From the sequence record NZ_CP033968.1: 64,000 nt of DNA. The stretch is one strand, 5' to 3'. The translations under genes were made by a program, and so were the position numbers. Positions 1-9,274 of the stretch are shown one piece after another. The first letter of the stretch is position 1. Every line of letters begins with the position of its first letter. The notes beneath the pieces are model-generated. The model saw only the letters and a list, made by a program, of their open reading frames with translations, made no database searches and was not told where the DNA came from. The DNA is from a plasmid.

Positions 1-468
1 ACGCAGTATTGGGTAGAGTCATCCACGTTCGCCTTCAATATTCGGAATGTTAGCGAGGTTAAAACCTTTCTGTGGGAGTACACCTACGTCGATAATTGGA
101 TCTGGATTGCGATCAACGGGCAAAAGGTCGGCGTCCGAGCGAACAACGGAACACCCGCACAAGCTCAGTATGCCGATAAATTTGAACTCGGCTACTATAT
201 AAACGACCAAAACAACGCGCAATATCCCGACGGGACTATCGATCTTGGGGCGGGTGGAGTATGGGGCGTTGAGCGACCGAACAACTTTGAGATTGCGGAG
301 AACGTTGATTTGAAGCCATATCTCCGAAACGGCACCAATGTGATTGAGTTCAAGTTGGCCAACGGCGCAGGACCAGGCAACGGGAATATCCGAATTAATG
401 CGCAGCAATATTGCCCATGCACAGAGTATTGGGAAAATCAATGCACTTTGCTTGAGCAAAAATCATAA
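1..468 (+). CDS. Partial CDS (C-terminal end, no start in window). Tyr/Trp/Asn-rich protein ending in a Cys-rich tail (CPCTEYWENQC). Function unknown.
   Basis: Frame 1 is open from base 1 to TAA at 466-468 with no ATG/GTG, so it is absent from the supplied track. GC is lower than the rest of the window. Confidence 0.4.
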   Translation, partial: TQYWVESSTFAFNIRNVSEVKTFLWEYTYVDNWIWIAINGQKVGVRANNGTPAQAQYADKFELGYYINDQNNAQYPDGTIDLGAGGVWGVERPNNFEIAENVDLKPYLRNGTNVIEFKLANGAGPGNGNIRINAQQYCPCTEYWENQCTLLEQKS

Positions 469-485
469 TAAATTTGTGTTTTGTG

Positions 486-583
486 TCGCGCCATTAAGGT
501 CGGTACGTCGCGCCATTAAGGTCGGTACGCGGGGCTTTCAATCGCCCGCAAAGCCTTGCTGGAGGCGGCCGTACCGACCTTAT
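486..583. repeat. Two tandem 22-bp direct repeats (TCGCGCCATTAAGGTCGGTACG at 486-507 and 508-529) plus an inverted partial copy (CCGTACCGACCTTAT, 569-583) forming a long-loop hairpin.
   Basis: Read directly from the sequence. It lies immediately after the stop of the partial gene. Confidence 0.6.
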
Positions 584-835
584 CCATTTGTTGTTGCCGA
601 TTATTTGCCACGGATAACGACAAAAATATCATGAATTCTAATTGTCATTGTTGGTACAGATTGGCGCATTCGAGTGCTGACATCATCAAAACCTGATGTG
701 GGCCGTTTGCCGTTCGCTGACTAGTCCCTGCGCGGTGCTTTTGGCGCTTCCAGACAAATGTGCTGCATAACGTGAGGGCCAAGCTGATTGGACAACCGGC
801 GCTTGGCGATCAAGGCAAATAGAGGAGAGCAAGCT

Positions 836-1048
836 ATGATTGGAACACCGGTACTGCAGCGCAAGCCGATCATCATTCAACGATGGGCGGACGAATCCAC
901 CGCAAGCAGCATCCCCAGGAAGGACGCGGCATACATCCTTCGCGCGAACCGGAAGCAGCTCGGCAGGGCGCGTGTCGTGCGAACCCGGCTTAACGGGCGA
1001 ATCGAGATCCGTGGCTATGGGCGCACCATGATTCTGTGTCGGCTCTAG
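836..1048 (+). CDS. Small hypothetical protein (~70 aa).
   Basis: ATG at 836 preceded by AGGAGAG. Internal start of track ORF 788..1048. A terminator follows. Confidence 0.35.
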   Translation: MIGTPVLQRKPIIIQRWADESTASSIPRKDAAYILRANRKQLGRARVVRTRLNGRIEIRGYGRTMILCRL

Positions 1049-1109
1049 CGCAGGGGGCAGATCTCTCGGTGCAATTGCGATCGAGCGTTTCCCTGAGAAC
1101 GAGTATCAA

Positions 1110-1142
1110 GGCCCTCCGAGTACTTCGGATGGCCTTTTTTGT
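1110..1142 (+). terminator. Rho-independent terminator.
   Basis: GGCCCTCCGAgtacTTCGGATGGCC stem followed by TTTTTTG. Confidence 0.5.
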
Positions 1143-1245
1143 TGTCTGTGGTTGAACCGAGAGGGCTTGCGCTTCCCGTTGGGCGTTGCGCATATCTCCA
1201 TGTCCGGCCAATCCAATGGCTTTCCTCAGACTGGAGAACCCACTC

Positions 1246-1833
1246 ATGAACAACGCACGAAGCGAACTTGCACAAGCCGTCTCGCTGTACCACCTTGCAG
1301 ATCGAGCCCTGCACCTGCACTGTCGGTCCTGGCTGGCCTTGTCATCCTCCTTGCTGCCGGCGATCGAGCGGTTCTGGGCCGCGGAGCGCGTAGCTTTGCG
1401 TCCGGACTGGATTCCGGTTCAGGTGCGGGAGGAGGGTGAGTCAGCTCTTCGGCTTTGCAATGCTGCACAAGACCGGAAGGAGCGCCTAGCGGCAGTGCGA
1501 TTGGAGCGCCTCAGGGAGGTGTTCCGCGCCCTAGGGAGCTACTACGGTGCGATGATGGCTCGAGATGCAACAGGCAGCCTTGTCAGCCGATTCCAGCGGC
1601 ACCTGCGAGATGCATTGCGGGAGCGGCAGGAGAACGCCGATCGCGTGAAGGTCCGCCTTCGCGCAGTGACTGACGTCGAGCCGTTCGAAATGATGATCAC
1701 TTGGTCCCGCGCGCTTGGCTATCGCTCGCCGCGGGATTTCTTCGTGGATCTTCGGATCGAACTGGACATCCGCAGCGGCATCGAGCCGGTCGCTCTTGAA
1801 CAGGCAGCTCGCCTCGGGGTAATCGCGGCATAA
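1246..1833 (+). CDS. Hypothetical protein (195 aa).
   Basis: Start MNNARSEL with GGAGA RBS, inside track ORF 1186..1833. High GC3. Confidence 0.5.
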   Translation: MNNARSELAQAVSLYHLADRALHLHCRSWLALSSSLLPAIERFWAAERVALRPDWIPVQVREEGESALRLCNAAQDRKERLAAVRLERLREVFRALGSYYGAMMARDATGSLVSRFQRHLRDALRERQENADRVKVRLRAVTDVEPFEMMITWSRALGYRSPRDFFVDLRIELDIRSGIEPVALEQAARLGVIAA

Positions 1834-1942
1834 GCCCATCCCCATTCAACCGTCCGTGCCGCCCCACATCCATATGGGGCGGCATTCTTATTTGCACCGG
1901 TTCGTCATCTCCCAGTCATCAATGACAACGGGAGATGATCCT

Positions 1943-2692
1943 ATGGCTGGTGTTGTATCTCGACGAGCGTCCAAATCTGTGAAAGCGATCGCGGACGAGC
2001 TCGATGATGGCTATCGCCACCGAATGGCAGAAATGCTGAGGTTCATGCTGAGCGAAATCATGGTTATCTGGGGCTTCCCTGCGTGGGACCCGGTTCCGGA
2101 AGTTGTCCGCGGCAAGATCACCAACGCGATATCGGCCTACGATACGGCGGTTGCAGAAGAAGAGCCGTTCCTCGATCTCCTCGGCCCGCTCTACCAGGAG
2201 CTCTCGAGCCGTGGTGGCAAGCAGCAGCTCGGGCAGTTCTTCACGCCGTGGAACCTTGCAAAGCTGATGGCTCATTTGACTATTCCACCCGATCCCCAGG
2301 AGGACACAAGCGGCAGGCTTATCGCAACCTGTGATCCCACCTGTGGCAGCGGGGTGCTGATGCTCGCGGCAGCGAGTGCTGTCCTCGAGAAGGAAGGCGC
2401 CGCGGCTCTCCGGAAGTGGAGTTTCCATGGGTGCGACGTTGATCCGATCTGCGCGCGGATGATGGCCATTCAGTTCCTCGCGAACTGTGCGAGCCATCGC
2501 ATCGAGGTTGGTGAGGTGGTCGTGTTCCGGGGGGATAGTTTGAACCTCCAAGTGAAAAAGGAGCTGATCACGCACGCGAGTGCCCCGGGTCTGGCCGTCA
2601 TGCCAGCGAATGCACCAGGGCGACAAAAGCTGCTCGCGGACACCGCCCGCGGCGCCGGCGTGACGCCTGTCACCGCGGATTCCATGGAGTAA
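1943..2692 (+). CDS. SAM-dependent N6-adenine DNA methyltransferase-fold protein lacking the catalytic (D/N)PP(Y/F) motif.
   Basis: Motifs GQFFTPWNLAKLM and DPTCGSGVLML (AdoMet motif I) are present. The position expected for NPPF/Y reads FRGDSL. Protein is only ~250 aa. Start MAGVV has a GGGAGA RBS. Confidence 0.5.
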   Translation: MAGVVSRRASKSVKAIADELDDGYRHRMAEMLRFMLSEIMVIWGFPAWDPVPEVVRGKITNAISAYDTAVAEEEPFLDLLGPLYQELSSRGGKQQLGQFFTPWNLAKLMAHLTIPPDPQEDTSGRLIATCDPTCGSGVLMLAAASAVLEKEGAAALRKWSFHGCDVDPICARMMAIQFLANCASHRIEVGEVVVFRGDSLNLQVKKELITHASAPGLAVMPANAPGRQKLLADTARGAGVTPVTADSME

Positions 2693-2696
2693 TGCA

Positions 2697-2945
2697 ATGG
2701 AGCTGCATCCAACGGTACGAGACGGCCTGACCAACGCAGCGCAAGGTTGGCGGGAACAAGAGGAGCTGTACAGGCAGAAGAGTGCCAATGAAGGTGGCAA
2801 TCCCGCGGCACTGGCCATGGCCAAGGTCTGCGCGGACGCTGCCACAAGTCTGGAAATGCAAGCACAGGACGGAGTTCCCAGGTGCGCATGCTGTCTGAAG
2901 CCGATATGGACGGATCTCGATCTCCGCCCATACTGGAAACGATAG
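2697..2945 (+). CDS. Small hypothetical protein (82 aa), translationally coupled to the MTase-like gene.
   Basis: Its ATG lies 4 nt after the upstream stop (TAATGCAATG). A terminator follows. Confidence 0.4.
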   Translation: MELHPTVRDGLTNAAQGWREQEELYRQKSANEGGNPAALAMAKVCADAATSLEMQAQDGVPRCACCLKPIWTDLDLRPYWKR

Positions 2946-2962
2946 CTGATCTGCAACCCTCA

Positions 2963-2993
2963 CGACCACCTCTAGAGGTGGTCGTTTCTTTTT
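2963..2993 (+). terminator. Rho-independent terminator.
   Basis: Perfect palindrome CGACCACCTCTAGAGGTGGTCG followed by TTTCTTTTT. Confidence 0.6.
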
Positions 2994-3111
2994 GGGGTGT
3001 CGCCGTGCTTCCGTGTCTTGCTTCTCGCCTTGAACGGTATCCCCCAAAGCCGCTGTACACCTTCCTGTGCCACATCTCAGGCGTGATAGACAACCTCACA
3101 GGAGAGAACTC

Positions 3112-4197
3112 ATGGAAACAGTTTCGGAAGTCAGTGTGTTCGGAGTACTGCTGGCACTGCCGGGCTGGCTGCAGGAACGACTGTCCCAGGTCGAACGGCT
3201 GGAGGGCCGTGGCAACGCTTTGAGCTCCTCGGAGCCCAAAGCGGTTTGGCACCAGTTGAGTATGGACGGCGTGGCCCTGCTGGAAGGGGGCGCAGTAATC
3301 AGAGCCGTCGTGCTGGGTGCCGATCCCGCCAGTTTTGAGGGTGTGGCCATCGTGTTCATTGAAGGCGGCGCGGTGGATCGGATCGTCGTGCGGGGGAACT
3401 CCATCCAGGGCGTGCACTTTGAGGAGGCTGCCTATGTGGCGTTGGCCGAGTACCAAAAGTACTTGCCGAAGGCCCGCGCAGTCCCGATCATCAGCACGCT
3501 GTCCCAGCCTCGTGCTTCGACGCCGACGGCCGTCGCTGCATCGCCTGCCTATGTGGCTGAACTGGCGCCCCTGGCGCTGGGTGACTCAGCAGTTGACGCG
3601 AGCATCCGTGCGGCCATGTCAGCCGGCGTTGTCCTGAACTCAGTCGATGCTGACGAGATCAGGACGGCAATGGCCAAGTGCGATGATCTGACCAGGCGAG
3701 CGACGCGGCTGTTGCGCCTAGCGTCGGACCCGATGAGGAAGGGAAACGCGTTCCCCATGGGGGTCGGGTTCACGAAAATGACGAAGCGGGCATCCCAGCG
3801 TATCGACGCCTCTGTCCGACGTGCCGGCGAAGCGAGCGAGTTGCTTCGTCGAGCTGACAGCGCCCGCCGCTACGCGGAAGGCCTGCTGGCCGGGGAGAAC
3901 ACCTTTGCCGCTCGGCAGCGAGCGACCGCGGCGCAGGAAGAACTGCAGCGTCGGGTCGTTGGCGAACTTCTTCGGTGGGCCAAAGGGCGATCCATACTGA
4001 AGTTGGGCGTATTGCGCGTGAACCGCGATGGGGCGGGGTATCCCGTATCCTTTACGGTTTCTGGTGGCAATGTCTCGGCCGGCTTTGGCGACAAAGTTGA
4101 CGTCGTTCGCGCGTTCTTTCGCGGTAACAAAGAGGCGTTTTGCACTCTGGTTGACCAGTTGCGCGGGTCTGAGTTGGCTGGCGTAGGTCCGACCTAA
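3112..4197 (+). CDS. Hypothetical protein (361 aa).
   Basis: Start METVSEV with AGGAGAG RBS. Track ORF 3067..4197. Confidence 0.5.
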   Translation: METVSEVSVFGVLLALPGWLQERLSQVERLEGRGNALSSSEPKAVWHQLSMDGVALLEGGAVIRAVVLGADPASFEGVAIVFIEGGAVDRIVVRGNSIQGVHFEEAAYVALAEYQKYLPKARAVPIISTLSQPRASTPTAVAASPAYVAELAPLALGDSAVDASIRAAMSAGVVLNSVDADEIRTAMAKCDDLTRRATRLLRLASDPMRKGNAFPMGVGFTKMTKRASQRIDASVRRAGEASELLRRADSARRYAEGLLAGENTFAARQRATAAQEELQRRVVGELLRWAKGRSILKLGVLRVNRDGAGYPVSFTVSGGNVSAGFGDKVDVVRAFFRGNKEAFCTLVDQLRGSELAGVGPT

Positions 4198-4209
4198 CTA
4201 CCTGATGGC

Positions 4210-4243
4210 CACCGTATCCTCTCGATACGGTGCTTCTTTCTTC
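4210..4243 (+). terminator. Rho-independent terminator.
   Basis: CACCGTATCctctcGATACGGTG followed by CTTCTTTCTTC. Confidence 0.5.
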
Positions 4244-4346
4244 AAGGTTCGTGCTGTGCGTGCCGTGAACTTGACCAAAGATACAAGTGACATTTGATCA
4301 CGGCTGATTGCCATTACCTTGTACCAAGACAACGTGGAGCACCATC

Positions 4347-4823
4347 GTGAGGAAGATTCTGATTCTGGCAGTTAAGCTTGCAGGAGTACTTCTGTGCGGC
4401 CAGGCATTCGGAGCGTCGATCGACGAAACCGTAGGCATGGTTGCGCAGACTCGCCAGACGACGGTCGCGACCATCAACGGACGCGACGCCGAGATCATCT
4501 ATGTCGGTCGGTTCGGGGACTGTGACTCCGTGGCGGTGCGCTCGGGAAAGCACTATCAGCATTTTCGGGTGTGCAGCGGTAGAGTCCAGGCCCGTAATAC
4601 CGTGGCGCCAAGTTGGGCCGACGATCAGGGCAGCCAGCGAGTTTTGGCTGCAGTGGTTCGGAACGCGATCTTCTACGGCCAGTCTGCGCAAGTGGACGAG
4701 AACGGTTACCTCATTACCGCAAGGACGCTAGGGGCGGTAGAGGCCTCCTGCAAAAACGTTGAGGTCGTCATCAGTTATGATGGAGACCTGGTCGACAGAG
4801 GCCTCAAGCGGATCTGCGGCTGA
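4347..4823 (+). CDS. Small secreted or lipoprotein-like hypothetical protein.
   Basis: GTG start with GGAG RBS. N-terminus VRKILILAVKLAGVLLCGQAFGAS resembles a signal peptide. Track ORF 4308..4823. Confidence 0.45.
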   Translation: MRKILILAVKLAGVLLCGQAFGASIDETVGMVAQTRQTTVATINGRDAEIIYVGRFGDCDSVAVRSGKHYQHFRVCSGRVQARNTVAPSWADDQGSQRVLAAVVRNAIFYGQSAQVDENGYLITARTLGAVEASCKNVEVVISYDGDLVDRGLKRICG

Positions 4824-4848
4824 TATCCGCTAATTCCAAACCTGGAGT

Positions 4849-4887
4849 GCCCCTCACCACAACGGTTGAGGGGCATTTTCTTTTTTC
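4849..4887 (+). terminator. Rho-independent terminator.
   Basis: GCCCCTCAccacaacggtTGAGGGGC followed by ATTTTCTTTTTT. Confidence 0.6.
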
Positions 4888-4979
4888 CCTCCTCTAGAAC
4901 CCCTTGAGGGCCAGTCAATCTACGCACTCATGTCGAGCATCTCCTCCCTGCAAGAACAACCCTTACAGGAGCAGGCGTT

Positions 4980-5345
4980 ATGGCACAAAAAATTGTACGT
5001 TGGCGTTCCAACTATCGCGGCGAGGCCCGGTTCGACGTCGTTGCTGGACCTCTGGCCGGCGAGACGGTAGCGGTGCGGTTCCTGAAACCGGACTACTACG
5101 AAAAGGACTTCCGTGACAACGCTGGCGGCGTCTTCCTGCCGGACTGGGGGGTCTACACTCGAGAAGTGATGTCATCCGTTGGTATTGTCCGCAGCACGCT
5201 GCATCCCGCGGGTTTGCCGACTGATATCGTGGAAGCCGTGAACGCCGATTTCGACGATCTCCGGGCGTCTTCTGATCCCGGGATCTTCTTCGGCTCCTTC
5301 TTGAACGGTCGCTACGACCCGCAGGTTGGCTGGGTCGCTCACTGA
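4980..5345 (+). CDS. Hypothetical protein (121 aa).
   Basis: ATG with CAGGAGCAGG RBS. A hairpin plus T-run follows. Confidence 0.5.
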   Translation: MAQKIVRWRSNYRGEARFDVVAGPLAGETVAVRFLKPDYYEKDFRDNAGGVFLPDWGVYTREVMSSVGIVRSTLHPAGLPTDIVEAVNADFDDLRASSDPGIFFGSFLNGRYDPQVGWVAH

Positions 5346-5368
5346 TCCCGCCTTCGTAACCCCATCGA

Positions 5369-5405
5369 CCCACCAGGTGACTGCTGTCAACTGGTGGGGT
5401 TTTTC
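5369..5405 (+). terminator. Rho-independent terminator.
   Basis: CCCACCAGgtgactgctgtcaaCTGGTGGG followed by GTTTTTC. Confidence 0.5.
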
Positions 5406-5700
5406 ATTCGGCCGGCCACAGTGCGGCCGGGATCTTACTGCTGCTGTTCCACATCGCCGGACACTATCCAACCCGTCCATTCCCATCGCGTTCCGACTCA
5501 GGAACCGGTGGGCATTTTTTTATCTGTCGCGCACGACGCCCGCGAGCGCCTCGGCGCCGGGCGGATGGCTGGGCTCCCCGTCGCGGGGGGGGCGGCGGGC
5601 GGTGGTGGTCAACAATCAACGCGGGGGGCGGTGTTCAAGACTTAGTCGCGCCTGTTCCTCATCACTCCGGGCAAGTCCAACTTCCACCCGGAGATCCCAA

Positions 5701-6354
5701 ATGCAAGACCAGTTCTATGTTCTTTACTCGCCCACCGAAGCCGCGGCTCTGACCGATGCTACGCCTGGTGAGCACGGGGCCGGCTTCTGGTCGGCAGAGG
5801 ATGGCTGGTCGAGCTTTGACAAGGCGACCCGTTACGCTGCCGGCCTGCGCGAGATTCTTCCGTTCCCGAAGAGCCTTGGCGACGATGCAGGCTGGGTGCT
5901 CGTCGACAGCATCCTGTTCCTGGCGCTGGCGAAGCGCTACTCGGAAGATCCGCAGCTTTCCGAGCAGCTTGATCGCCTTGCCGATCGTTATGCCGACGAG
6001 GTTATCGGCGGTCACCCGGAGCGTTTCAACTCCGTGGAAATCCAAGGCGTACGCAATGAGCACTCTCCGCGAGATGCCGGCGGCGGCATCGTCGAGCTCG
6101 ACAACGTCGATCCCCAGTTCTATTCCGTCTATCTGCACTACAAGCCGGAAGAAGAATGTGGGAGCGATTGCGTCGGCGACTTCGCCACGTACGAAGGCGC
6201 GGTTGAGTATGCCAACGAACTCGCCGAAGAGAATGGATGGGCAATCCTTGATCTCGTCACCGAGGACGGCAGGACGCCGCGGTGGGAGCCAAGCCATTCC
6301 GTTCCGCGCGTGCTTCCTGTGCGCGGTCGTCATGACCTCTCCGTTCAAATCTAA
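5701..6354 (+). CDS. Acidic hypothetical protein (217 aa).
   Basis: Start MQDQFYVLY with GGAGA RBS. Internal start of track ORF 5326..6354. Many Asp/Glu residues. Confidence 0.5.
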   Translation: MQDQFYVLYSPTEAAALTDATPGEHGAGFWSAEDGWSSFDKATRYAAGLREILPFPKSLGDDAGWVLVDSILFLALAKRYSEDPQLSEQLDRLADRYADEVIGGHPERFNSVEIQGVRNEHSPRDAGGGIVELDNVDPQFYSVYLHYKPEEECGSDCVGDFATYEGAVEYANELAEENGWAILDLVTEDGRTPRWEPSHSVPRVLPVRGRHDLSVQI

Positions 6355-6392
6355 CCACCACACTCTTCCCAATCCTACATAGGAGCTTCATC

Positions 6393-7223
6393 ATGGCAAA
6401 CACCTACAGCACTTCCACGGGCGTTCTGATCCTCGACAAAGTCACGCCGATGATCATGGCACTCTTTGGCGCATTCGCACTGGACCCGATCACACCGGGG
6501 AATGGTGAGGTCTACATAGCCTCGACTCCCGAGGATGAACCGCACTGGGGGAAAGTCAACGATCGGGTGGCGGCGCTGAGGTCAGATCTGGGAGTCGAAC
6601 TCCCGGATGACACCAGTGAGGGCATCGCAATGGAGTTGTTCGCGCTGGCGGAGCACTTCGGCATCAACGACCCGGAGCTCTTCCAGCTTCTCGATCACCA
6701 TGAGTTCACGGAGGACGAAGATGCTGATCTGCAGGTTCTTTTCGATCTTGCGCAGTGGTTCGACGACGGCCACGGTCTGAAGGCGATCAAGTTCGAGGGG
6801 AGCTGGCGGTGCGACAAGCCACAGTTGTTCGAGTTCGGTGGCGCCGGCGACTTCATCGGTCGGCACATCTCGGTAAGGTCCAGCTCGGCCACGGCGATCG
6901 TGCTTGGCGCGGAACTGGATGCAGCGATCGAGATCGGCAACCTGGACGGCGTAGCTACCCGCTTCGTCACCCAGATCAACGGCATCCTCGCTGGCCTCAC
7001 GGACGGGGCGATCGCAGATCGCGTGCGCGTAAAGCTCGGTCGCTCCCTGGTCGACGCGTACGGAAAGCTCGAGGAGGGCTCCCCAGCCTGGCTGCGAGCG
7101 ACCTTCGACACTGAACACCCAGATCATCCCAGGTCGGCGTGGCGATCAGAGGTAGCAAACGATGACACCCTGCTCGGATATTGGGAATGGGTGTTCCACA
7201 GCATCGAAGGCGCAGCAGTCTGA
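6393..7223 (+). CDS. Acidic hypothetical protein (276 aa).
   Basis: ATG with AGGAGC RBS. No terminator separates it from the upstream gene, so the two are probably co-transcribed. Confidence 0.5.
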   Translation: MANTYSTSTGVLILDKVTPMIMALFGAFALDPITPGNGEVYIASTPEDEPHWGKVNDRVAALRSDLGVELPDDTSEGIAMELFALAEHFGINDPELFQLLDHHEFTEDEDADLQVLFDLAQWFDDGHGLKAIKFEGSWRCDKPQLFEFGGAGDFIGRHISVRSSSATAIVLGAELDAAIEIGNLDGVATRFVTQINGILAGLTDGAIADRVRVKLGRSLVDAYGKLEEGSPAWLRATFDTEHPDHPRSAWRSEVANDDTLLGYWEWVFHSIEGAAV

Positions 7224-7301
7224 GTCCGGGGCAAGCAGCCTGGAACCGCGGCTGAGGCACCCACCCGCAACATAACCACGTGCTGGCTACCAGCACACAC
7301 G

Positions 7302-7331
7302 GCCGCTCACTATGTGAGCGGCTATTTCTTT
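7302..7331 (+). terminator. Rho-independent terminator or attenuator.
   Basis: GCCGCTCACtatgTGAGCGGC followed by TATTTCTTT. Confidence 0.5.
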
Positions 7332-7434
7332 GCGCGTTCCTGATCTGCATTCCCTTCTGCAAGGGTTTCCCACTTAACCGCCAAATGCCTCCCACCCCGT
7401 GCGGGGCGAGCGGCTGGCTATCAGGAGCAAAGAA

Positions 7435-9228
7435 ATGGTTGACACAAAGACGATCGAGCTGTTCAGGCGTGACGAAATGGTCTTCACCGTGCAGGAACTG
7501 ATCGAGAAGGCCTTGGCAGCGATCGGGGCCCTGTTCGCCGGCGGCCATCCGATTATTGTGGCCTACAGCGGAGGGAAGGACAGTTCTGTGGTGGCTGCCT
7601 TGGTTCTCCACGCGGCAGTTTTGGCAAAGGCGTCTGGGGGCAATCCACTGGTCATCGTGACGACAGGGGATACTGGCGTCGAGTCACCTGAGTCCCAGTC
7701 CTTGTACCAAGCTGAGACGGCGAAGATGCGGCGGTTTGCGAAGGAACACGGCGTGCGGCTTCTTACGAAGACGGTTCAGCCCACGCTGCTCTCGACCTGG
7801 CAGTTGAAGATTCTGAGCGGCCGAGGCCTTCCAAGCTTCCCGGGCTCTCAAAGTGACTGTTCTGTCGATCTCAAGATCCATCCTCAGCGCATGTTCCGAC
7901 GCAAGCTGTTCAGAAAGCTTGCTCAGGAGAAGCTCCCCGAGCCCGTAACGTGTCTGGGCACCCGCCTGGACGAGGGCCAACGCCGCGCCGCTGCCATGCT
8001 TGTCCGCGGTGACCGCTCGGACGTGCCGGTTCGCAACAAGGACGGAGAGCTGATCCTCAGTCCGGTTCGGGTGTGGAGCACCGATGATATATGGGAGGCC
8101 ATCGCAATCTACGGCGGTCAGCAGTACCCATCGTTCTCGGACTTCGAAGAGACGAAACGTGTGTATGCACATTCCTCAGGCACATCGTGTGCCGTTGTCG
8201 CTGACGCAATCTATGAGGGCGGCGAGAAGCGAGGGAAGGGCGGCTGTGGTGCTCGGCTCGGGTGCCACGTGTGCCAAGTTGCGGAGGACAAATCGCTCGC
8301 CAACATGATCGAGTACGACGCGCGCTATGCTTACGCCAAAGGGCTGAACCAGCTGAACCGTTTCATCCGCAATACTCGGTATGACTGGCAGAAGCGGCAT
8401 TGGGTGGGGCGGACGATCAAAGAGGGTTGGGTCACGATCCAGCCGGATACGTACCATCCTTCAATGATTCGTGCGCTCACGCGATACATGCTGCAGTTGG
8501 ACTACGACGAAGAGTTGCGCGCAGCGAATGCTGGTGAGCGGCCGAAGTTCAGGCTGCTTCCGCTGGATGTCATGATCGCTGTGGACGCAATGCAATCTCT
8601 GAACGGCGTGGCTATGCCATTTTCGGTCTGGGCAGACCATCGGGACATCAGGCAACGAGGAGTCCGCTACGATGTGCCAGATGTGCCGACAGTCAAGCAA
8701 AGCCCGATACCTGTTGCGCGGTTCCTGCACGTTGGCAAGGAGTGGGATTCGACGGCTAGCAATGCAACATGGACTGGCCTGCGTGATCCGTACTTTGAGG
8801 CTCTCACCGAGAGAAGTGGGTGTGCGCCGGAGCTGACGACCCTAAAGGACGGAAAGCTGGCGTGGGCAGTGGAAACGGAGCCTACTTTCTCGGTGGACCT
8901 CGAGAGCGCCTGCTTTATCGAGGACTTCGAGGTGGACCGATTGCTCCAAATGCATGATCAGGGAGTGATGCCGGGCGGAGTTACCACAGGGTACCTTTGG
9001 TACTTGTCTTACGGGTGTCTCTCCCTGTCACACGCGCAGCAGAACGAACACGATGCGATCTGCCGTCGTACCGCACACAAGGATCGTCTCGGTATTACCT
9101 GTGAGTACGACATAGACGCACTCATTGGTCGGTCGGTCGGGTTTGCCGATTTACCGCCTGAAGCCCGGGTTGCATGGGGCGGGAAGGCGACAACGGCATC
9201 GGCACAAGTCGATCTCTTGTTCAATTAA
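7435..9228 (+). CDS. PAPS-reductase/DndC-like PP-loop ATP pyrophosphatase family protein (~597 aa).
   Basis: PP-loop VAYSGGKDSSVV near the N-terminus. A Cys cluster GGCGARLGCHVCQ is present. Size matches DndC/SspD-type enzymes. Start MVDTKT has an AGGAGC RBS. Internal start of track ORF 7399..9228. Confidence 0.6.
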   Translation: MVDTKTIELFRRDEMVFTVQELIEKALAAIGALFAGGHPIIVAYSGGKDSSVVAALVLHAAVLAKASGGNPLVIVTTGDTGVESPESQSLYQAETAKMRRFAKEHGVRLLTKTVQPTLLSTWQLKILSGRGLPSFPGSQSDCSVDLKIHPQRMFRRKLFRKLAQEKLPEPVTCLGTRLDEGQRRAAAMLVRGDRSDVPVRNKDGELILSPVRVWSTDDIWEAIAIYGGQQYPSFSDFEETKRVYAHSSGTSCAVVADAIYEGGEKRGKGGCGARLGCHVCQVAEDKSLANMIEYDARYAYAKGLNQLNRFIRNTRYDWQKRHWVGRTIKEGWVTIQPDTYHPSMIRALTRYMLQLDYDEELRAANAGERPKFRLLPLDVMIAVDAMQSLNGVAMPFSVWADHRDIRQRGVRYDVPDVPTVKQSPIPVARFLHVGKEWDSTASNATWTGLRDPYFEALTERSGCAPELTTLKDGKLAWAVETEPTFSVDLESACFIEDFEVDRLLQMHDQGVMPGGVTTGYLWYLSYGCLSLSHAQQNEHDAICRRTAHKDRLGITCEYDIDALIGRSVGFADLPPEARVAWGGKATTASAQVDLLFN

Positions 9229-9234
9229 ACACTC

Positions 9235-9274
9235 CCCGGGGGCGTATCCACGCTGCCCGGGGATTTTTCTTTTC
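9235..9274 (+). terminator. Rho-independent terminator.
   Basis: CCCCGGGggcgtatccacgctgCCCGGGG followed by ATTTTTCTTTT. Confidence 0.55.

Noticed and set aside
1919-3456. Long minus-strand ORFs (1919..2956, 2470..3456) overlapping plus-strand genes.
   Set aside because: These are antisense open frames typical of high-GC DNA. They have no RBS and low-complexity Arg/Ala/Pro-rich translations, and the plus-strand genes have RBS and terminators.
5500-5640. G-rich tract (CGCGGGGGGGCGGCGGGCGGTGGTGG...GGGGGGCGG) considered as a G-quadruplex or repeat element.
   Set aside because: It is short, lies in a promoter-proximal spacer upstream of the 5701 gene, and has no second copy or defined periodicity.
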